A model generated the notes under the pieces. The model saw only the letters and a program-made list of their open reading frames with translations. It searched no databases and was not told the origin of the DNA. A program made the translations under genes and the position numbers. Shown in pieces: positions 48,353 to 54,092 of a stretch of DNA of 54,092 bases (its first letter is position 1; each line of letters starts with the position of its first letter). This DNA comes from Nemertoderma westbladi (lineage: Eukaryota; Animalia; Xenacoelomorpha): contig JAUCBJ010004850.1 in assembly GCA_032718475.1 (NCBI GenBank), forward strand, positions 1-54,092, in the 5' to 3' direction.

Positions 48353-51300
48353 AATATCCAAATATTTATTCCAACAACGAGAAAAGTGGCAGATTTTTTC
48401 CTAGAACGAATTGATAGTACACAAAACTCCTTAAATAGATGTAGTGAACACTTAATCAATCTGCTCACATTCAAACTCATTGTAAAATGAGCTGCATTCG
48501 AACCACCCAGGGATTCAATAGGGGTTGATTTATTCATGCGAGTTGGCATGGTGTAGTGTTACTGGTACCCAGCCATATCAACGGCACCAGTTCATCACTC
48601 TCAGCACCGCCTTGCAGTAAACACCAGGGGTCCCAGAACGAAGTCAACTACTGAAACACAATAGGATGATGGCTCTGACACACTCCCTACCTTCTGGCAG
48701 AACAAGGGAACCATAAGTCAATAGGTTATAGTGGCCGTGCTGACCACCAGCCGTTTGGGTGAGAAAGCAAAGGGACTCACATACTGGCGGCACCAGTTCT
48801 GTTTTATCGAGATCGTCACCTTTCTCACACAATCACCGCAGCGAAACCGTAAAACATTTATGATCCTCGTATGGAGTCGCATCACTAGAGTCATCATCTC
48901 AGATAGAAAATCAATACCTGGTAGATTAAAAGACAACAAAGGTTTGAATATTGGATTGGAAACGGAGAGTAAGTGAAGATACAGCGTTATGTTTTGGCCT
49001 GATAGCGTATGCAATAATCAATGTTGTTTTGGTTTAACCAAAACAATACTGTGATTTGAAATAATTTTGACTTCTTAAAAATGGCAAGAAATGAAAGAAA
49101 CCTTGTATTTTGTAGAAACATGACGACCATTTGTCCTTATACCTCAACAAGCACAGATATCAGGACATTAAGCCCAATACCAAATAATATTTAGACACCA
49201 CAAGTTGGTCACCCGTGCTCAAGGACAGTATTTGTGTTCAAAAACCCGAATATTATTCAATATATCTTTCCCAAATCAACCTACCCATAAGGAAATTAAA
49301 CAGCACTCCATCCATTTGTATTCTGTCACTGTTTCATTGATACACACACTTTACCCCTGTCTTTAACGTATCAATGAAACCTTATAGAGCTAGTTGTTCT
49401 CAATGGGTTATTCTCGCTTTTTGGTTTCCAATTTGATCCCTTAGGACAGTAACATTGACTTGGGAATTACAAACTGATAAGCCTAGAACAATATACTTTG
49501 GTGACATATAACACGTTGTAAGGGTAAACCGGTACAAATCCGCAACTATTCATCGGCTAATGGACTATATTTTCCCAATAGAATTGAAGCCTCCCTCCTA
49601 CTGTTGTTAACAACCGTTAAGATTTGCTTTTCCATCTGTATTCTTCAGGCATTTAATCTCCATTTGTATTGTATTTCTTGCCGGAGGTATAATATTTACG
49701 GTCTTAAGGTATTCTCCGAATGACCTTTTTTGTCCACTAATATATTTTTCTCTTTTGAAGAATATATACGACCTTTCCCAATTGAGTATACTACTAACCC
49801 CACAGTACACATCGCATAAAATCTCAAATAATCACAATACATATAAATAACATTAAATTACATCTGAATTAATATATTAACTTTTTCTTTTTGATTTTTA
49901 GGGAATAAAATAATACTTACACTCCTGGTTTCGTTTCTTGAATTCGTTACTGAAGTTGTTGGTGTTTCTTCTGTTTTTTTCTTTCTATTATTTCATTTCG
50001 TCGTTTCAAACCAAAGTTTTCATTTCATGCAATAACTAACCTTCAAGTTGCATTATCAGCCTGATATTTTTATCAGTAACCATCTCTCCCTACTACAACC
50101 TTAATGGATTAACTTCGCGAACAATAAAAAAACATATCCGTTCATTTGAGATTCATGTCCTTCGTTTTAGGATGTTGTTGTTGTTGCTAAGGTAACCCAG
50201 CGGAAGTCCATTCCATTTTGGATCGCAGCCGCTTTCCTAAATAAATGTTATCACTGAGTCTGTGAGATGAATATAACAGTTGAGTTCGGACCAAATACGA
50301 ATTGTTTGTCTGTCTGTTTGGCTCGGCTCAATGTATGAACTTCAATACTTCGGCACCGTCTCATATTAAATTTAATAAACATACAGTTGACGAAAATTTC
50401 TTACTAAATTTTCAAAATTATAGCTAATAAAATTTATTGTATCCAATAATAATGGGAGCAATGTAATTAAAAATAAACCTACGTTACAGTAATATAAATA
50501 AAAATTGTAAAAACCGGATTAAATTACTTAAAAAACAAATTTAATTACAACTGCCGTAATTTCATTATATTAACGCATCTCTAAAGCCCTTCAATTTGTC
50601 AGTCCATTCATCCGTGAATTAGAAAAGTGTCCCCCAAGCCCCAGGAGCCACAGACACACGTCTATCCTCATCCAACACATCGGCAACCCGAGCTGTAAGA
50701 TCTACCGATTACGCCTCACAACGACGTGTTTTGCCCCTTTCCGCACGTGTTTGGTGTAGCCTCCCTCCCACAGCCCCTAATTCCCATACTGTATTGGCGT
50801 CGTGAGTCTTTCCTTTCTACCGACTATCCCACGCGGTGTTTTAATCAACTTTGGGCCACGTTTTCGACTGTTTGAGATGCGTCGGAATTTTACGCTACAC
50901 TTACTTCTGTACAATTATTGATTAGGCGTTCAGGTACCTGACTGTTTGAAATTAACTATAATTAGTCCGGTTATTTTGGGATATGAATATGAAACCATCC
51001 ACTCTTCTATCATCTCCATAGTTTCTCATGAATGTAAAATTTTAAAATTACAAAATTTAGAATTCTTAACGAAATGCCCCGCGTCAACAAGAACCCATCA
51101 CGCTATCTGTTATATTATTTTCCTACTCACACTCGGGGTGTTTTTGGTGTCACCTTGAATACATAAGTCGACTCAACGAAGCGCTGATGTTTATATTACA
51201 CAGAGGGGTATAAACTAATTGTATTGAGTGATTAACTCAAATAATATATGTGTCACCTACAAGGACAGTTGGAGTAGGCCTATATGGTACCACCGCATTA

Positions 51301-51936
51301 ACTTACAGGGATGCCACCAACATTTCTGTGCATCTACTTACTTACTTCTGCAGCACTGTAGGCTTTATAGTTTTTGCCCTACAAATTATTATTTCATATA
51401 GTTTAATTGCTAAGATTTAATGTTATTTTGCATCCAAATACGGCAGATTAATTAATTATAGTCTTAGTTAAGTTGTCGTTTCGGTGGCATTCGAGGTGGA
51501 ATATTATAATGAGGAATACAAATGTTTGCATTTTATCAAATTGGATCAAAGTTATTCAAATGTATAATAATAGCATTAATGAGGGTCGTGAGGAGGGTTA
51601 ATACCAAAGCTAAGTAGCAGTATTAAACGTTATTGGAGTGTAATTTTTTGGATGTAGGCTATCTAATTACTCTCACACAGTTTAGGAATTAAACTTCTTC
51701 AATTTCGCCTTTCACTCTAACTTTCTGTAAATATTTATGTTACATTTTTTCCGATACTTACTTAGATCTATCATCTACTAAATTTCGGCCTCTCCTATAA
51801 ATTCATCTACTAAAGTTAACTTTACTCTGCGTTACTTCGCTTTGAATTACCGTTAGTTAGTTGCTATGGTAATTTTTTAACTTAAATTAATTGGTAACCT
51901 TTTACTAGCCCCATCACCCGTGGCACCCATAGTCTC

Positions 51937-53378
51937 CGATCGCAGCCTAATATTCTAACGATAATTATATTTTGACGAAATCCCGAATACATTATTGCCT
52001 CACAAACACGTGGCCCTCCAGTCCCAACCCATTTAAACTCACCTTCACTCAAACTGGAACGTTTAAGAGTCGCCCCCACCAGTCTCCATGACAATTTCTT
52101 TCTCTTCTCATCCACTTTGCGGTATTTAAATAGCTCTGAATCAACAACCACGGTTCCTACACATAGTGACACAAACCAGTCGACTTGGAGAGAAAAAGAG
52201 TTTCCGATGGACGTTGAGTGAACTAAGTCGACTTTATAACAAAGTAGTTTATCTCCATAGGTCGCTCCTGTAATTAGTTAGATGGGTTATTTCTCTCTAA
52301 AAGCTTTTTGATGTGCCATAATGCCTTATTCATAAGACGTGTGGATCAGCTAGGGGGGGTGGCGATCTTTATTGCAGAGTTGGCCTTGGGGTGGGTTGAG
52401 ATGCGTCTATCCGTTAAGGCATGCGAAGGGACACCTCCCAGCTGGTGGGGACAGAGACAAGGATTAAATAATGCACTCATCCTTAAGTTACCTTAACCGG
52501 ACCGCGGGGTAAACGAACGAATTTAATCGTCTTTCTCTTTAATTCGATTTATTTAACTTTATCTGGAATCAAAAGCCAACCTTTATAGCATTGATTAATA
52601 ATTAATGGGGTTGAATCTACGCACGGTGGGAAGTGAAGTTCCAGTGAGTTATAAAGTTATAAAAAACAGTTTTATTCCGATTTATGAATATTGCTACTTT
52701 TCTTTGCATGACTACATTGCTATATTTCTGCATCAGACAGTATTGTTGTTTCTATAATTATAATTAAGTATTCAGTAAAGATTTTAGAAATTTTGAATTT
52801 TCGCGAAAACAATGATTGTTCAACACTTGACCTCCCTCACACATACCATGGTCACGGGTGGGCTTTTCATATGTCCAATAGAAATACCATCAGCAAGCCA
52901 GGGGGTAGCAAGTTATTTGATACCATTCCAAGATAAGAATGAATGCTTTGTGTGGATGCAGGGGTAACCCGCCATGGTACTGGTACAGTAGGACATGGTT
53001 ACAATCAAATAGGCCTACCTGTCTCTATAAACTACCAGTTTGATAGGAAAGTACGTTAGTATGGGGAGAAATTGTTGGCTTGGGACCCCCAGTGGTTAGC
53101 TAAACACACAGAAAATAGTTTGTAAAGGATTTGTCGACCTTGTCCAATATCCCTTACCTCGCTCGTGTGCAGCTGCAGATTGGAAAAGGAATAAATGAAC
53201 CAGACCCCTGAAGTTCTATAGTTTATACACCCTGTGATTCTCGAGAGAGGGAAGTGATGCTTGAATGATTGTATGGTACGGCACTAGTGTAACTTTTGGC
53301 ACTCATGTATAACTATCAAGAGCAGAAAAACAAAGTCAGTTGTGGTGATCGGCGGATATTATGTTTGATAAAAAAAAT
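51937..53378 (-). repeat. Right copy of the ~1.44-kb inverted repeat
   Basis: Reverse complement of 19247-20687 except for an unrelated central segment at 52620-52834. Confidence 0.95.
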
Positions 53379-53629
53379 GATGAACACGTAGCGGCATAAT
53401 TATTATTGATGAGCAAAATTTAAATATAAGTGCTGTTCGCTAGGTGGCGCGCAAGATACTTATATTATCTGTGTTAAAATGCCACTACTACTGTACAACG
53501 AATTATTAGAGACGGGCCTAGTGGCCAAATAAGCAATCGACCCTTTATTTATATAAAAGAGGCAACTGGTGGCGGTAACAAATTTGAATTCCTGGTTACA
53601 AATCTGAGTTTCTGGTTACACCTTGGCCT

Positions 53630-53910
53630 AGGTTCCACCTTGGTGTAGTGGTTGCATTGCATTCACATCTCCCGTAGGTCGTGGGTTCGATCCTCACATG
53701 GGCCAGGGCAGTTTTCGTTTCGGCACGAATGCTTTAAAGGGACCAGCCAGGGCGCATCTCTGCCTTGCATCCTTAAGTGGTAGCTAAATGAGTACTAGAG
53801 TTTCCTCTGGGGAGTAAAGTTCTGGGGGGACCGCACTGGAAATAAGTCGTCAGACTTTGTGCGTAATCCCTGGCCTAGCGGTCGAAGAAAATTTACTTTA
53901 CTTTTTTTTA
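53630..53910 (+). mobile_element. tRNA-derived SINE, possibly with a Meta-domain-like core
   Basis: A box TGGTGTAGTGG (53641), B box GGTTCGATCC (53684), a central ctctgccttgcatccttaagtggtagctaaatgagtac that resembles the MetaSINE core as I recall it, and a T-rich tail. Confidence 0.65.
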
Positions 53911-54092
53911 CTAATCTGAGAGTTATGCATCAAAAATTGGAGTTATCAGTTACAAATTAGAGCACCTGGATATGAATTTGGGTTCCATGGTTATGATTTG
54001 TTACAAATGGTTACACATCTGAGCACCCATTTACAAATTCAACTGCCAAGTAATAAATCCAAGCACCATGTAATAAATCTTAGTACCCATGA

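Noticed and set aside
48430-49014. Overlapping short ORFs in a GC-richer patch
   Set aside because: No recognisable motif; possibly a decayed transposon, but this cannot be supported from the sequence.
49915-50030. Alternative first coding exon of Islet (minus-strand GTAAGT donor at 49920)
   Set aside because: All nearby ATGs hit stops before the donor. It is at most a non-coding exon and is unsupported.

Overview
AT-rich animal (invertebrate-type) genomic DNA, about 45% tandem satellite, holding two convergently transcribed Islet-class LIM-homeobox genes. On the minus strand a complete 7-exon Islet gene can be assembled with consistent GT-AG phases (ATG 42676 to TAA 23264, about 371 aa: LIM1, LIM2, homeodomain, Lhx3-binding domain); its last exon is the least certain. 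On the plus strand lies the 3' part of a diverged Islet paralogue (homeobox exon 2887-3113, degenerate LBD exon 4474-4662, uncertain last exon). The most striking structure is that most satellites are amplified copies of the genes' own exon-intron junctions. Three arrays start exactly at a 5' splice site, one ends exactly at a probable 3' splice site, and one more is inferred to derive from a donor just outside the window, so exons sit next to tens to hundreds of decoy splice sites. The Islet gene is also bracketed by a roughly 1.44-kb inverted repeat whose central ~215 bp differ between the copies. The long ORFs in the supplied track are repeat artefacts.
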